Source: an uncultured Planctomycetota bacterium
GTDB taxonomy: Bacteria > Planctomycetota > Planctomycetia > Isosphaerales > Isosphaeraceae
DNA length: 64,000 bases
Assembly: GCA_963845755.1 (NCBI GenBank)
Contig: CAWJTV010000026.1
Coordinates: 32,001 to 96,000, forward strand
Direction of reading: 5' to 3'
Made by a program: the position numbers and the translations under genes. Shown here piece by piece: positions 32,037-45,117 of the stretch (positions are counted from its first letter, which is position 1; every line of letters begins with the position of its first letter). Under the pieces are notes generated by a model. The model was not told the DNA's origin and searched no databases. It saw only the letters and a program-made list of their open reading frames with translations.

Positions 32037-34260
32037 ATGGTGCAGATCAAGCTGCCGGATGGGTCGGTGAAGGAATATCACGAGGGGGTCAGTCGCGCGA
32101 GGTTGCCGCGGGGATCGGCAAGCGGCTGGCCGAGGCGGCGATCGCGGCGACGGCCGGCGGACGGGTCGTCGACCTCGACCGGCCGCTCGAGGATGGTCAG
32201 GACACCCCCATCGAGCTGAGGATCCTGACCCCCAGGGACCGCGAGGCGCTCGACGTGCTGCGTCATTCGACGGCCCACATCATGGCTCGCGCCATCATGC
32301 GGCTGTTCCCGGGCGTCCGGTTGGCCTTCGGGCCGACGACCGCCAACGGCTATTACTATGACATCGACATTCCCGAGCGGAGCCTCTCCGAGGACGATTT
32401 CCCGGCGATCGAAGCCGAGATGGGGCGGATCACCAAGGATGCCGAGCCCTTCGAGCGGTTCAGCCTCCCCGTGGCCGAGGCCCGCCAGTTCGTCGCCGAC
32501 CTCGGCCAGACCTACAAGGTCGAGCACATCGACGACGAGCTCCATCAATATGGCATCCTGAGCTTCTACCGGCAGGGTGAGTTCGTCAACCTCTGCCGAG
32601 GCCCGCATATCCCCCATGCCGGCAAGGTCGGGGCGTTCAAGCTGCTCTCCATCGCCGGCGCCTACTGGAAGGGTCACACCGATCGGAAGATGCTCCAGCG
32701 GGTCTACGGCACCGCGTTCTTCGACAAGAAGGACCTCGAGGCCCATGTCGCCCAGGTGGAAGAGGCCAAGAAGCGCGATCACCGCCGGCTCGGCCGCGAC
32801 CTGAACCTGTTCACGATCTCCCCGCTGGTCGGCCCGGGGCTGATCCTCTGGATGCCCAAGGGCTCCATCATCCGCGGCATCCTCGAGAACTTCATCAAGG
32901 AGGAACTGGTCCGGCGCGGCTATCAGCCCGTGTACACTCCGCACATCGGCAAGATCGAGCTCTATCAGACCAGCGGCCATTATCCGTACTACAAGGACTC
33001 GCAGTTCCCCACGCTGAAGATGCCGGCCGATTCCGCCGCCAAGGAGCTGCTCGACGGGCTCATCGCCGGGAATCTCGCCGACGACGCCCAGCGCCTCCTC
33101 CTGGCCAAGGCGGGCATCCCCGAGCGGATGCCGGCTCCGGTCGCTGGTCCCGAAACCCCAACCGCCGGCGCCTCGCGCTCGTATTTCGAGATGACCCCGG
33201 CCGAGCGGATCGGCTACCTCGAGCAGACCTGCGACTTCGAGGAATATCTACTCAAGCCGATGAATTGCCCGCACCACATCCAGATCTACGCGGCGCAGCC
33301 GAGGAGTTACAAGCGAGCTGCCCCTGCGACTGGCCGAGTTCGGCACCGTGTATCGCTACGAGCAGTCGGGCGAGCTGTCGGGTCTCACCCGCGTGCGCGG
33401 GTTCACCCAGGACGACGCCCACCTGTTCTGCACCCACGAGCAGGTCCGCGGCGAGTTCCGCTCGACGATGGAGATGACCCAGTTCTTCCTGAATTCCTGC
33501 CTGGGACTCTCCGATTACCGCGTGCGATTGTCCCGGAGCGACCCGAAGGATCCCAAGTATCAGGGCGCGGCCGGCGAGATCTGGCGGCGCGCCGAGGACG
33601 ACATCCGCTCGGTGCTCGACGAGATGGAGCTGCCCTATGAAGAGGCGCCGGGCGAGGCGGCGTTCTACGGGCCCAAGGCGGATTTCATCGTCAGGGACTG
33701 CATCGGCCGGCAATGGCAGCTCGGCACGGTCCAGCTCGACTACGTGCTGCCGGAACGGTTCGGCCTCCACTACACCGGGCCGGACAATCAGCCGCACCGG
33801 CCGGTCATGATCCACCGCGCACCGCTGGGGAGCATGGAGCGGTTCATGGGCATCCTGATCGAGCACTTCGCCGGCGCGTTCCCGCTCTGGCTGGCCCCCG
33901 AGCAGGTCCGCGTGCTGCCGATCTCCGACAAGGTCGCCGAGTATGCCCAACACGTCCTTGGCCAGCTCCACAACGCGGGCTTCCGCGCCTCGACCGATCT
34001 CCGCGCCGAGAAGATCGGGGCCAAGATCCGCGACGCGCAGCTCGAGAAGATCCCGGTCATGCTGGTGGTCGGCGCCAAGGAGGCCGAGAGCCAGGCGGTG
34101 TCGTACCGGGATCGTCAGGGCGGCGACCTGGGCGCCATGCCGCTGGGCGAGGCCCTGAGCCCGGCTCAAGTCCGAATCGGAGACGCGCCGGGCCCCCCAG
34201 GCTGCGCCTTCCCCGGCCGTCCCGCCGACCGAAGAGACCGCCGAGGATCATACGTATTGA
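32037..34260 (+). CDS. thrS: Threonyl-tRNA synthetase (apparent frameshifts near 32090, 33310 and 34160)
   Basis: TGS domain (IKLPDGS), [60 protein letters not shown]. Confidence 0.95.
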
Positions 34261-34563
34261 TAGAGATTGTCCCACCTGTAGTTGAAATGTGGGGCGGCTC
34301 CTCACGGACATTTTCACACCACGTCCGTGTTGGCATCAAGCCCCTCGCTGCGGGACAAGGGATTCTATCGCGCCTCTAGCATCGACGTCATGCGATGTCC
34401 TTCCCCATAAGGGTGGCCGAGATCGGCTTGGCGGCGAGACCTCCTCGGCCGTGTCGTTGCTTCCTCGATGTCAGCTCAAATGGTTCGAGTCGCGATGCCT
34501 GCGGCCGGCACGGGGGCATTCACGTCCACGACCCCCCGGCAGGCTAGCCGATCGCCCCTACGC

Positions 34564-37500
34564 TCAGCGGGCGAACGGGTCGGCCGGGAACTCGAGGTCG
34601 AGGAGCAACTCTTGGAAGTCCCTTCGGGCACGCAGCGGGTCGAGGTTCTGATGGAATCTCATGTGGGCCACATCGTTAAAGCCGGCGGCGACGGCACGGC
34701 GCAGCACGGTCATCGCCCGATCGGCCGCCGCCGTCCGTATTCGTTGCACCTGGTCCGCCGGCACAGTCTTGTCGAGAGGGCCCAGGCCACTCAGGACCGA
34801 ATAGAGGCAGGCCAGGTCGTACAGGTCGAACGGCATCCGTCGGGTCGGGAGATCGCTCCAGTCGTTGGTTGAGCTCGCCGAGCGCGGTGTGCATTTCGGG
34901 GCTCACCGCTCCACCGACTTCGCGCTCGAGGCCGGCCAGGGAGGCCAGGGCGATGCCCCAGGGGTACAGCCGATCCACGTCGTCGGGCTTCTCCTGGAGC
35001 CAGTCCGCCGTGATCGCCAAGGCCCGCCGGCCCGAAGACAGCGCTTCGGCCGTATGGCCGGTCGCACGCTGGAGCTGGCTGATGTAGCCGAGATCGAAGA
35101 GTTGGGCCTTTTTGACGTAGGGCAGATCGTCAGAGTCGCCCGCGAGCTGGGGGGCGAGCGCATCCCAGATGGCGAGCCTCTCTTGGAAGGCGCCAGTGCC
35201 TTCTCCGGCCGGTGGCGGGACAGCTCAGAGATCGCCACCCTGGCGAGGATCCGGTTGGCCACGGCGTTCCACCTCTCTTCGCTGCCGAGCCAGCCGCCCC
35301 GGCGCAAACCCTCCGCGAGTCGGAAGGCCTCGTCGAATGCCCGATCCGCCTCGTCGCCCCGCCCGGCGTGATGTTGCAGCCCACCGATTTCGACGAGGAC
35401 GAGGGCGAGCTCCTTGCGGTACTCTTCATAGCTGTCGGGATCGGCGGCGATCAGACCATCCCACAGGCCGCGAGCGCACTCGAGGGCCGCCAGGATCTCC
35501 GCCAGTGCCGCCGTACGCGAGTCGGCCAGCTCACGCGCCTTCCTTCGTGACTTCATAGGCTCGTTCCACCTGGTTGAGCCATGCGTATCGGTCGCCGAGC
35601 CGGCCGGCGATCTCGATCGCCGCCTGGCGGACGGTGGCCGGCAGCGTCGTGTCGGCCTCGATCTCATGGATCACCGCCGGCTCGCCCAGGGGCTTCTTGT
35701 AAAGGGGTTCGACGCGACTCCATGGCCTCGCGCCGGTAGATCGTCTCGGCCTGGATCGGGTCCAGGTCCCAGACTCTCGCGGTCCAGTCGATGCTCCCGG
35801 AGACGATCCGCCGGCCGTCGGGGCTGAACGCGATGCAGAGCACGCCACTGGTGTGGCCGCGCAGGGTGAAGACCTCCTGGCCGGTGGCCGTGTCCCAAAG
35901 CTTGATGGTCCGATCGAGGCTGGCGGTGGCGAGGCGGTGGCCGTCGGGGCTGAAGGCCACGCCTGCGACCAGATCCGTGTGACCGCGGAGCTGGATAGAG
36001 CGGTCGGCCCGTGGTGGGATCCCAGACCTTCACTTCACCGCCCTTCCAAGAGTCCCCGCCGGCCGAGGCGAGCTGTCGGCCATCGGGGCTGAAGGCCACG
36101 CTCAGGACCGGGAACGTATGTCCCGTGAGGATCAGGAGCGGCTGGCCCGTCTCGGCGTCCCAAACGCGGGCACCGTCTGGTCCAGGCTGGCGGATGCCAG
36201 CTTTCGGCCGTCGCGACTGAAGGCCACGCCGTTGGCCTTGGCGGTATGGCCCTCGAGGACCACGAGCTGTCGGCCGGTCATGGTATCCCACAACTTCACC
36301 GAATGAGTCATCATCGGCCAGGGCCAGGCGCCGACCGTCGGGGCTGAACGCCAGGCTGGGATACTGGACCGCATCTACGGAGGTGCACTGCCCCTTAGCG
36401 TAAGAAGCTTCTTCCCTGTGGCTGCATCCCAAATCGTGGCCCCGCTTGAGTCGGCTGAGGCCAGCCGGTGACCGTCGGGGCTGAATGCGACCGCGTGGAC
36501 TGTTGCTGGTCTGGTCGGGAAAGGACAGGATCGGTTCGCCCGTGAGAGGATCCCATAACTGGAGGAAACGTGGCCTCGCAAAGATGGTCGATCCTGAGGC
36601 AACCTGTCGGCCATCGGGGCTGGGCGCGCACGCTTCTGACCCAGCCGTCATGTCCACCGAAGATGAGCTGGGGACTTGGCGTCGCGTACCAGAGCTTGAC
36701 GGTTTGATCCGCGCCTCCCGGAGGCGATCCGAAGACCGTCGGGGCTGAAGGCGACGCAGATCGCGTAATGCTGGTGGCCGTGGAAGGCGGCCAGTTCGCG
36801 ATCCGAGTCCACCGACCAGAGCCTCAGGCTCTTGTCCTCGCTGGCCGAGACGATCCGCCAGCCGTCCGGGCTGAAGGCCAGGCCGCGGATGAAGCCCTCG
36901 TGCCCGGAATAGGTCCGGACCTTCTCGCCGGTGGCGCGGTCCCAGAGCCGGATCGTCTGGTCCCAACCCCCCGAGGCGAGATACCGCCCGTCGGGGCTGA
37001 AGGCCACGGCGTAGATCTGCCCCTTGTGTCCCCGCAGCGCGGGGAGCGGTTTGCGGGTCTGGAGATCCCAGACCTCCACCAGTCCCTCGCTCGTCAGGGC
37101 GACATGTTTGCTGTCGGGGCTGAAGGCCACGCTCCAGACTCCCGACTCGTGTCCGGGGAGCGGCTCGATCAGCTCCTCCCCGCTCATGACATCCCAGAGC
37201 TTGGCATAACCGCTACCGCCGCTCTTGTACGACCCACACCCTGCGATGATCCGCCGGCTGTCAGGACTGAAGGCCAGGCTGAGGATCGGGCGGCGGCCGC
37301 TTTCTTTGCGGAACGTTCGCTCCTGGCCTGTGGCGGCATCCCACAGGGTCAGAGTCTTGCCGTAGCCCGCGGCCAGCCAGCGACCATCAGGGCTGAAGGC
37401 CACGGCACGGATGCCGCCCGGGAGCCCGCAGTGGGCGAAGACCTCCCGGCCGGTCGCCACGTCGCGGACCATCAGGTCGCCCGTCCCCTGATCCTCCCAG

Positions 37501-39381
37501 AAGCCGCCGGACCCGCTGGCAATGCGCCGGCCATCGGGGCTGAAGGCCACGGCGTTGACCACCGGCGTCAACTCGCGGAACGTGTGCAGATCGAGATGGC
37601 ACTGGCGGTCAACGTAGGACCATTCCCAGTCGCGCAGGTCCTCCGGGCAACCCTCGAGGAGCTCGAGGGCCTGGGCGACGTTGTTCGCCAGGCACTCGCG
37701 ATAGGCCAGGTTGACCCGGCTGACGTAATCCTGGCGGCGCAGGTCCTCCGCCCGGTCGTTGGCGATCTTCGCCTGGTTCTGGGCGATTCTCGTCTGTTCC
37801 TGCACTGGCCCCGCGCCGGGCCTCGATCCCCGCGTTTTCTCGGCGCGGCCCAGAGGATCGCCATGGCGACGAATCCGACGGAAAGCACCATCGCCAGCAG
37901 GGCCAGCAGGCCGGCGATCGCCCTGTTCCGCCGGGCCCATCGCCAGGCCACGCCGAATGGACCGAGCCGCCGGGCCCGGATCGGACGGTCTTCCAGGAAT
38001 CGCCCAGGTCGGCCGCGAGGTCGCCGGCCGTCAGGTAGCGATCGGACGAATCGCAGGCGATCGCCTTGTGCACGATCGTCGCCAGGTCGCGCGGAATCGC
38101 CGGGTCGAGCTTCAACAGGCGGGGCAGCTCTGCTCGCGTGATCATGTCGATCAGGCGGGACCGGTCGGTCTCCTCGAACGCCGGACGCAGGGCCAGCAGC
38201 TCGTAGAGCGTCAGGCCCAGCCCGTAGATGTCGGAGCGGATATCGCCCCGGCCGCGGAATCGCTCGGGGGCCATGTAGCGGAGGGTCCCCAGGATGTCGC
38301 CGGTGTGGGTCAGGTCCTCGGAGTCGGACAGCTTGGCCAGGCCGAAGTCGGTGACCCAGAGGGTGCCGCGGACGTCGAGCAGGAGGTTGGACGGCTTGAC
38401 GTCGCGGTGCAGCACGCCTTGCTGCGCGGCGTAGTCGAGGGCCTCGGCCGCCTGGATGCCCAGCCGGGCCACCGTCCGGGCATAACGCCACCCCGAGTGC
38501 GCCGGCGTGGCCGAGCGGACCAGGGCGTTGGAATCGGGCCGGGGACCGCCCGTGGCCTCGAGCGGCGCAGGCGACGCCTCCGGCTGGGGCCCGGCGGCGG
38601 TCGGGAGCACGGCGTCGGTCGAGCCCGGGTCACCCGCAGTGGGGGCGAAGGCATCGACCCAGAGCGAACACGCCACGTCGGCGGCCGACGGCGGCCCGGT
38701 CGGGTCGGCCGGAGCCGCACCCCGTCCGGCCCCCGCCTTCGCCGCCCCGAGCCCCGCGGCCGCGCCGGACCCCTGGCGGAGCCGCCGCAGCTCGGCCAGC
38801 ACCTCGCTGAGCGGCTGGCCCTGGATGTACTGCATTACGTAGTAGTGCGTATCGCCCTCGCGGCCCACGCCGAAGACGGGCACGATATTGGTATGGTGCA
38901 GCCGGCCCGCGGCCCGGGCCTCGCGCTCGAACCGCCGCACCTGGACCGGGTTGGCCAGGGCCCGGGGCGGGAGGACCTTCAGCGCCACGCGGCGGCCGAG
39001 CGAGCCCTGCTCGGCCTCGTAGACGACCCCCATGCCGCCGTAGCCGATCTCGCGGAGGATGTGGTAGTCGCCCAACTGCTGGCCCGGGGCCGGCCCGGGC
39101 TCGGACCCGGGCCCATCCACGGTCACCGCCGCTCGGTCGCCCCTCGCGGCGGGGACGCCCAGCGAGCCCGCGCCGAGGTTTTCCATCAGGAGCAGGGCCG
39201 GGAAGAGGTCGCGGATCGCCGCGGCCAGCTCCGGGTGCCGCGCCTCGTATTCCTCCACCGTCGGCCGCTCCCCGCGCCGATGGCGCTCGAGGAATTCCTC
39301 GGCCAGCAGTTCCACCGGCTCTCGCACCCCGCTCGAGCTGTCCAGCATCGGCGGCATCTCGCGGCTGGATGGCATCATCAT
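34564..39381 (-). CDS. Ser/Thr protein kinase with WD40 repeats and TPR-like tail (multiple frameshifts)
   Basis: [36 protein letters not shown]; many AFSPDG WD40 repeats; C-terminal YDLACLYS...[18 protein letters not shown]. Confidence 0.85.
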
Positions 39382-40031
39382 GTGAGTTCCTCTCGCAGAC
39401 CGGGGATGGTCGAAAGGACATCCTTCAGCCGCTTCAGCGCCCGTACGTACCGCTGGCTGGTCGCCGACCGCTTCAAGCCCAGCGCCAGCGCCGCCTCGTC
39501 GTTGGACAGGTATTCGAAGTGGCGCAGGACCAAAATCTCGCGATCGATCGGGTCCAGGCCGTTGAGCGCCTCCTGCACGATCAGCCGGTGCTCGGCCCGG
39601 ACGGCCGCCTGCGAGGCGCTGGTCAGGGTGCCGAGCAGTTGCGCCGCCAGCGAGGCCGACGACGCCGCCGGCATCGCCCCGCGGTGGAGCGAGATCTCCA
39701 GGCCGGCATCGCGCATCCGGGTGCCGAGGTGGCGGCGGTGGAGGTCGGTCAGCTTCTGACCGGTCACCAGCCGTAACCAGAGGAAGAACGGCAAGTTCGG
39801 GTCGGCACCGCCGGCCCCCATCCGCGTGCCAGCTTCCAGGTAGACCTCCTGGAGGATGTCTGAGGCGTCAACCCGGCCGGTCAGGCGTCGGTCGAGCCGG
39901 AGGTGGATCATCCGCCGCAGCCGCTCGCGATAGTGGGAGAACAGCGTGGCCAGGGCCGACGAGTCGCCGGCGCGGGCGCGGCGGAGCAGGTCATCCAGGG
40001 GTTCGGAGCTCGTTGCCATGACGGGGTCCAT
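39378..40031 (-). CDS. ECF sigma-70 factor (planctomycete type), coupled to the kinase
   Basis: LFSHYRERL..RVDASDILQE, FFLWLR, DREILVLRHFEYLSNDE; stop overlaps the kinase start (ATGA-type overlap). Confidence 0.9.
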   Translation of the reverse strand: MDPVMATSSEPLDDLLRRARAGDSSALATLFSHYRERLRRMIHLRLDRRLTGRVDASDILQEVYLEAGTRMGAGGADPNLPFFLWLRLVTGQKLTDLHRRHLGTRMRDAGLEISLHRGAMPAASSASLAAQLLGTLTSASQAAVRAEHRLIVQEALNGLDPIDREILVLRHFEYLSNDEAALALGLKRSATSQRYVRALKRLKDVLSTIPGLREELT

Positions 40032-40337
40032 ACTCAGATACCCGCGTGCGGGTGCCGCCAATCCACCGGGACCTCCGATTTTTCTGCCCCACGCCGATCG
40101 TCGGCTCGCGCCCGACCACCGCCCGAGAGCCGAGACTGTCGCGTGGACTGACCACTGCGACTGGGGCGCGAGCTGACCGCCCCGACGGGCCCATGACGAC
40201 GGCGGCGGAACGCGGAGCAAGTCTCGATCAGGATACGGGTCAAGACGTGTTGGTTGAAGAGGCCGGATTCAGTAAGATCGGGATAATCTCCGTACGGTAC
40301 TGACTCAATCATCCCTCGCATCGGAGTGACCGGCTTC

Positions 40338-41330
40338 ATGAACACGACAAACCAGGACGCGCCCGCGATTCCCATCGGGCTCGAGGACATCCGGCGCACG
40401 GCCGAGCGGATCGCGCCGTGGGCGCATCGTACGCCGGTGATGTCATCCCAGGGACTCGACAGCCGGTGCGGCGGCTCGGTCCATCTCAAGTGCGAGAACT
40501 TCCAGAGGGTCGGCGCGTTCAAATTCCGCGGGGCACTCAACGCGGTCCTCCAACTGGGCGACGCCGAGCGCCGCGCCGGCGTGATCACGCATTCCTCGGG
40601 CAATCACGCCCAGGCCCTGGCGCTGGCGGGGCGGTTGCTCGACGTTCCGGTCACCGTCGTCATGCCGCGCAACGCGCCGGCGGTGAAGCGCGCGGCGACG
40701 GAGGGCTATGGCGCCCGCGTCGTCCCCTGCGAGCCGACGCTCGCTTCGCGCGAGGCGACCGTCGCGGCCGAGATGGAGCGTCATGGCTTCGCGCTGGTCC
40801 ATCCGTTCAACGACTGGAACGTGATCGCCGGCCAGGGGACCGCCGCCTGGGAATTGCTCGACCAGGCGGGGCCGCTCGACCTGGTCCTCTGCCCCGTCGG
40901 CGGCGGCGGACTGCTCTCCGGGACCGCGCTGACCGTGCGGGGCCGATCGCCGCAGACTCAGGTCATCGGTGCCGAGCCCGCCCGCGCCGATGACGCCAGG
41001 CGGTCGCTCGAAGTCGGCGCGATCCAGCCATCGAACGATCCTCAGACCATCGCCGACGGACTGCGGACCTCGCTCGGGCCCCGCACCTTCGCCGTGATCT
41101 CCCGCCAGGTCGACCGGATCGTCACGGCCACCGAGGTCGAGATCGTCGAGGCCATGCGGTTCGTCTGGGAGCGGTTGAAGATCATCATCGAGCCGTCGAG
41201 CGCCGTGCCGGTCGCGCCCCTCTGGAACGGACAGCTCGACGTCAAAGGGTTGCGCGTCGGCATCATCCTCAGCGGCGGGAATGTCAACCTCGAGCCGCTG
41301 TTCCAGTCGCTGGCGGCGAAGTACCTGTAG
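40338..41330 (+). CDS. PLP-dependent serine/threonine dehydratase (serine racemase-like)
   Basis: LKCENFQRVGAFKFRGA, SSGNHAQ, PVGGGGL, EPSSA, LSGGN. Confidence 0.9.
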   Translation: MNTTNQDAPAIPIGLEDIRRTAERIAPWAHRTPVMSSQGLDSRCGGSVHLKCENFQRVGAFKFRGALNAVLQLGDAERRAGVITHSSGNHAQALALAGRLLDVPVTVVMPRNAPAVKRAATEGYGARVVPCEPTLASREATVAAEMERHGFALVHPFNDWNVIAGQGTAAWELLDQAGPLDLVLCPVGGGGLLSGTALTVRGRSPQTQVIGAEPARADDARRSLEVGAIQPSNDPQTIADGLRTSLGPRTFAVISRQVDRIVTATEVEIVEAMRFVWERLKIIIEPSSAVPVAPLWNGQLDVKGLRVGIILSGGNVNLEPLFQSLAAKYL

Positions 41331-41411
41331 CACCCGCTACGGCGCTTATGCGACCTCCGGCGAGACGGGCCGCCGGGATCGTTCGTCCGGACGCTCGATG
41401 AGGGGCACCGT

Positions 41412-42423
41412 ATGTTCACAGCCCGACGTCCCGAACTACGCAATCGACCTTGGTCAAGTCGAAATGAAGCGATGGGAAGACGTGATCGACCGGGAGAAGA
41501 CTGTCGCCAGCGGCCTGGTCCAGGAGGCCGGCGCCGCATTTGCGCGAGTTCCCGAACTCTTCCGGTGGGTCTTCGCACGCCTTTACCAGACCTCTGGGGG
41601 CCTCTACCAGGGCGAGATCGCCTCGTGGGCGGATGCGCTCGGCGTGTCGATGGGAACGGTCACGCTCTTGAACTGCGCGTACGAGCTGAGCCACCTGCGC
41701 TGGCCGAGGGTCTTCGGTTGTACGGCGGGTGTCCGCTGGGTCGAAGGCTTGGGATTGGTCCATGTCCGAAGCCTGGACTGGCCGTTGGCCACGATGGGCG
41801 GCGCAACGCGGTTGTTCCGGTTCCGATCGCGGGGCCCGTGAGTTCGTCTCGGTCGGGGTTCCCGGGCAGGTCGGTATACTCTCAGGCATGCTGCCGAAGC
41901 GTATTCCGTGACAATCAACTGGGCTCCACCGGCGTCTTTCCCTTCGTTCGACTTCGGCCCGACGTTCCTGCTGCGCGACACGCTGGAGACGTGCGACAGC
42001 TACGATGCAGCCGTCCGTACGCTGAGCGAAACGCGGCTCTCCACGAGCGTGTTCTTCACGATTTGCGGCACCGTGAAGGATCAGGCGTGCGTCATCGAGC
42101 GAACACCGCGTGAAGCGGTTGTTCGCTCGATGACAGGACCAGTATTGGTTCAGGCCAATCACCATGTCGCGGGACAGTTCGGCGAGAACAACGAAGACAT
42201 CCGTGAGGCGGAGGAGGGTGAGGAAGTGTTTTCTCTCGACGGGAGTGGTCGCCGAGCGGATATCTTGGCCGGCTCACTGACCGAGCTTGGTCTTCCGTGC
42301 AACCTGGAGAATACCGCGCGGGTCTTGGATCTCCCGACTGTCCTCAATACCTTTACCTGTCAGCAAATGGTGTTCTGCCCTGCTACGGGCGATGTGAGGG
42401 TATGGCGCAGGGTCGAGGGTTAG
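41412..42423 (+). CDS. Ntn-hydrolase of acid ceramidase/NAAA/C45 type (frameshifted)
   Basis: LLNCAYEL...GCTAG nucleophile Cys, RSLDWPL, CVIERT, LVQANH across frames 41281-41841 and 41908-42423. Confidence 0.7.
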
Positions 42424-42431
42424 ATCGCCGA

Positions 42432-44893
42432 TCACTTGCCTTGCGCATCGGGCTGCGCTATGGCGGCATCGCACGACCCCGCCGCGGGCCGGACCGCAGG
42501 TCTCCTTGACGCCTTCGCCGTCTGTGGAGACTTTCGGTCGGCCGGGTGGCCAGGTCGGGAGACCTGGCCACGCGTCCGCGGCGTGCGCAATGCAAGTGAT
42601 CGGCGCTGAATCGAAGCTACTCGAGAACCACCTCGCCGAAGATCTTCTCCGGGAATCCCGAGATCGCGCGAGGCCATCATGCCGGTCATCACCGACGCCT
42701 CGATGCTGCCCAGGATGCCCGTGAAGACATAATCGCCGGCCACGTAGATATTCGCAAACGGCGTCTTCCCTTGCTTCATGCGGAACTCCTGGTCGTTGGG
42801 AACGCACAGGACATATCGTTCGGAGGGAGAAATGTTCGCCCGGAAGAACTGCGCATTGAAGCGCGCCGGATTGCCGCCGTTCCTGGGGTCGAACAGCTTC
42901 TCCCAGTCCAGCCCGCTGGGATCGAAGGGAGAACTCGCCTTGGGCCAGATCACATCGGCGTTGTCGGAGAGCCACTGCCAGGCCATCGCCTTGACGCGCT
43001 CCTGCTGCAAGCGGGGGAAGCTGTGGTCCGAGAAATCGGGGATGGACTCCGGATCGGGGAGGTTGCCGCAGAGATACGAGACGCTCCCCGGGGCGTTGTC
43101 CGCCGGCCACGATTCGCGCGGTAAGACCTGCGAGAAATCGCCCCAGGTCTGGATCGGCTGTGCGTAGGCCGTGATCAGGGGCGTCTGGTAGGCCCAGCCC
43201 AGTTGCTCCCACGTGGACTTGCACCAGATCTGCACGCCGACCGTCTGCGTCGTCTTCAACCGCTCGACCATGTTCCGCCAGCTCGCGCTGGCGGCGATCA
43301 ACTCCTGCGTCAGGTACTTCAAGGGATCGAGCGACATGGCGAGCACGACGAGATCGAAATCCTGCCCGCAGGCGAGCGTCCGGGTCTTGACGCCATCCCA
43401 GTCGGCCCAGGGACACTCCAGGTCGATTCGCTTCTCCTCGAGGATCGGCCCCTCCGAAGAGCTGGTCGTAGAGGGGCATGGCCGGCCAGCACGGGAGATC
43501 CTTGACGTCGAACGAGCGGCCAGTATTCTCCGGAATAGTCGCGCCCCTGGACCGTGTGCACCTGCTTCCTCGCCTCGTCGGTGACCGTCGCCTGGACTTC
43601 CACGTCGATCCGTTCGACGAAGACCTTGTCCGGGGAGAGGTGCAAGTCCTTCACCTCCTGGAAGAACTCGAACTTCACGCCGAGGTCGCGCAGGACCAGG
43701 TAGAGCGGCGTGAACACCGTGTCGCCCATCCCGGCCTGCATCTTCCAGAAGATCGCCCCGGTGTCCTGCATGGTCAGCCGCATCAGGTGCAACAGGGCCG
43801 TCCCGGCCGCCATCGAGGGCCTGGAGGGATCGCCTCGTTCATACGCGAAGCAGTAATCATAGTAGCCGCGGACCAATCCCGAGTACGCGGTCGTATCGTG
43901 GGCCCCGTGCAATTGCAGCCACTGCCGGAAATCATACCGATCGATGACCGTGGTGCCGTGCACGAGCACGCCGTCGCGGATCACGCCGCAGATCGTCGTG
44001 CCGATGAGGTTGAACCAGGATGAAGAGCCGGCGCAATCGGGTGTTTTTCATCATCAAGTGTTCGAGACTATTCCCCAGCCATTTCAGGAACTCGCTGATG
44101 AGCCAGTCGATCGCGCGATGGGAGGCGGCGGGATGGTCGACCGGCTGCGTTTCGAGCTTCCCCACGATATGCAGGGCCAGTTGGACGAACTCCCGCTCCA
44201 TCACGATGAAGAGCGACGCCCTGGCCGGAGGCGCCGGGTTCGGGGGGGCGCCTGGGCGGCCAGCGGATCCTGGCCCGACCCGAAGAGCAAGTCGGCCTCG
44301 GCCCGGATCTCCCTCACAATGGCCTCGATCCAACCCGGCAGGGGCCGGCCGGCCGATGCGCAGGCGAACAGGCTCGGGGCGATGAGGTCCTCGATCAGGT
44401 CGCCCATCCAGCCGAGTGCGATCTTGAAGTAATCCCAGAGCGACAGCTCGCGGCCGGACCCGGGCAGCAGGTCGTTCGAGGGCGTCACCTGGACCCAATT
44501 GAGCCACTGCCCCTCGATGAACTCCTGGATCACGACGCAATTATGCTGACGGAAGGCCGGGCTGACTTCCGGCCGGCCGGGCACGGGGAAGACCGTCGCC
44601 AGCGGGTCCTCGCCGGGGACGCGCCTCAACTGCGGGTAGCAGCGCCGCATCAAGGCAAACGCATTCTCATAGAAGCCGCTCCAGACGTGAAGGCCGTGCT
44701 CCTCGACGCGATCGCCGGCATCCGCGTTTCGCCCGCTGGCGCCCTTGCCGCCGAGCCGCCAACCCATCTGATAGACGGTGACGTCGTAACGGTCCGGGCC
44801 CTGGGGCTGCGAGATCAATTCGTAGGCCGCCGCCAGGCCCGAGATCCCGCCCCCGAGGATCGCGATCTTCGTCTTCCGGTCCGGCTGATTCAT
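42432..44893 (-). CDS. FAD/NAD(P)-binding oxidoreductase, paralog of 45118-47301 (frameshifted into 4-5 pieces)
   Basis: ILGGGISG, YQMGWRLGGKGASGR, EEHGLHVW, MQAGMGDTVFTP, RANISPSERYV, AGDY; true stop probably near 42650. Confidence 0.8.
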
Positions 44894-45117
44894 GCGTTCC
44901 CCCGCTCGAGGCCGGGCACGCGGCGCCCGCTTCGATCACCATGATGGCGAGACGCCGTTATGCGGACAATCGAGCCAGAATACCAGAAACACGTTGGCCC
45001 GCAAGAATCCGGGAGAAAGTCGGCGAATGGCTGAAACCCCGATGCCCTTCTGGTATAACGGTCGCGACGAAAGCTGGTGGAACGACTTCGGCCGTGGATC
45101 CCCCCGAGGATGCGTCG

